Shown piece after piece: positions 61,014 to 62,000 of a DNA stretch of 62,000 nt. Source of the stretch: Wallemia ichthyophaga EXF-994 (Eukaryota > Fungi > Basidiomycota); NCBI RefSeq assembly GCF_000400465.1, contig NW_008806275.1:588156-650155 (forward strand), read 5' to 3'. The translations under genes were made by a program, and so were the position numbers. The stretch's first letter is position 1. Every line of letters begins with the position of its first letter. The notes under the pieces were generated by a model. That model did no database searches and was not told where the DNA came from. It worked only from the letters and a program-made list of their open reading frames with translations.

Positions 61014-61309
61014 CATCTTGCATCGCGTTCTTCACATATCGAATTCACTGCTTCGTTAGTTGTCTCACCTTTAGCGACGTTTCCTTCCACGATCAGGCAA
61101 TCGATACGCATTTCTTAAGACATTGGCTTCAGTCCTTTATATATGCCAAAGCGTGTTTCTGGCAGCTCCAAAGGCTGTCTAAAAAAGTTTTCTGTTCAGA
61201 GCGCCTGAAGACGACTGAGGCTGTAAGTGCGGCGAGTAGGGACAGCAACAGATACTAGCCTACTAAAAATTATAATTTAATGCCCTATTGAGTTTTCCGG
61301 TAAAAGCTT

Positions 61310-61953
61310 CTCCGCGTAATCTGAGTGAAGTCATTTGCATTTTGGTCATCGGAAAGCGATGCATGAGAGAGGGATGTATTGTTAGCTGTTGTAGTAACCG
61401 GAAAACATTTCCCGTCAGCTTATACTTTCCAAAGCGCAGCTCAACAAGCATGAAGGCTCAGGTGCGAAGAGGCAGATGTCGATGCAAATGATGTCAAGGG
61501 GTCTAAAATTCGGGCTTGAACGACATTCAAAGCTGGAAAATGTGCATTGATTTTGGCAGTATTATGCGCGTGGGTGTTAATGCATGTTCAAATTTTACGT
61601 ATGTGCTCCCGGTACTACCTGCTAAGCTCGAGGTGAAATTTTGCATTTGAGGAGCCCAAAGGCAGCGCCAACAGACCTTAATTGGAATTTAAGCGGAGCA
61701 TGTCATTCCACTAGAATTTAAACTTTAAATTATGTGCGGTGTTTCCGATCAAACTAACGACAATCTCCTCCATTTCCCGTCACCTTTCGCATCAGGAAGT
61801 TGAACAAACAACTTGTCTTTTGATGCAACGCGAAGCGGTAGATTGAGAATATATATGCCAATCAATGCTTTAGATATGTGGACTTGGCAGAGTGAAGTTT
61901 GCATCAGTATTCGCTTCTTTATAATCAGATTTGCGGTGAATGGGGATGAGTAA
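61310..61953 (+). repeat. Second copy of the 56.54-57.17 kb segment (diverged direct repeat, frameshifted relic)
   Basis: Shared blocks include CCAAAGCGCAGCTCAACA, TGAAGGCTCAGG, TTTGCATTTGAGGAGC, CTAGAATTTAA, TTCCCGTCACCTT, GCGAAGCGGTA and TGCCAATCAATGCTT, in the same order. Confidence 0.9.
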
Positions 61954-62000
61954 GTTGTGTGGATATCCACGCTCGGATATGAAAATTGATATTGGAATTT

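Noticed and set aside
56540-61953. Transposon interpretation of the dispersed direct repeat
   Set aside because: No transposase, RT or integrase motifs, terminal inverted repeats or target-site duplications seen. The pattern fits segmental duplication.
1-62000. CRISPR arrays, rRNA or prokaryotic defence systems
   Set aside because: The sequence is eukaryotic with spliceosomal introns. No repeat-spacer arrays or rRNA signatures were found.

Overview
Nuclear DNA of a very compact basidiomycete fungus, most likely Wallemia. This is inferred from ~45-60 nt spliceosomal introns, basidiomycete-type orthologues, an acidic class I hydrophobin and extreme gene density. I can support about 41 intron-containing or intronless protein-coding genes, mostly housekeeping: PAN1, CAF-1 p90, HSP12, a Fus3/Kss1-type MAPK, SEC24, RAS1, PA2G4, mito SerRS and AsnRS, MINDY, TAF5, Lon, MAF1, F-box, RPB9, MAPR, GPI8, URM1, PIG-A, HCNGP, CWC23, GTB1, UBR7, RPS16, RNPS1, PRI1, G3BP, PHO81, ELYS, hydrophobin, LEU5, PAM18 and mtRF-R. 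There is also one intron-containing tRNA-Gln(UUG) and, from ~55.4 kb to the end, an accessory duplicated region. That region holds two intact SDR oxidoreductases, a truncated third copy, an orphan gene and a twice-copied hidden protein-coding relic. The most striking signal is architectural. Divergent start codons lie only 18-41 bp apart. The RPB9 start codon lies inside the upstream F-box ORF. Two convergent stop codons abut with 0 bp between them, and same-strand runs have 36-60 bp spacers. Together these imply promoters inside neighbouring genes, overlapping UTRs and/or polycistronic mRNAs. Exon boundaries were reconstructed by hand from GT/GC-AG signals and reading frame. No database searches were run.
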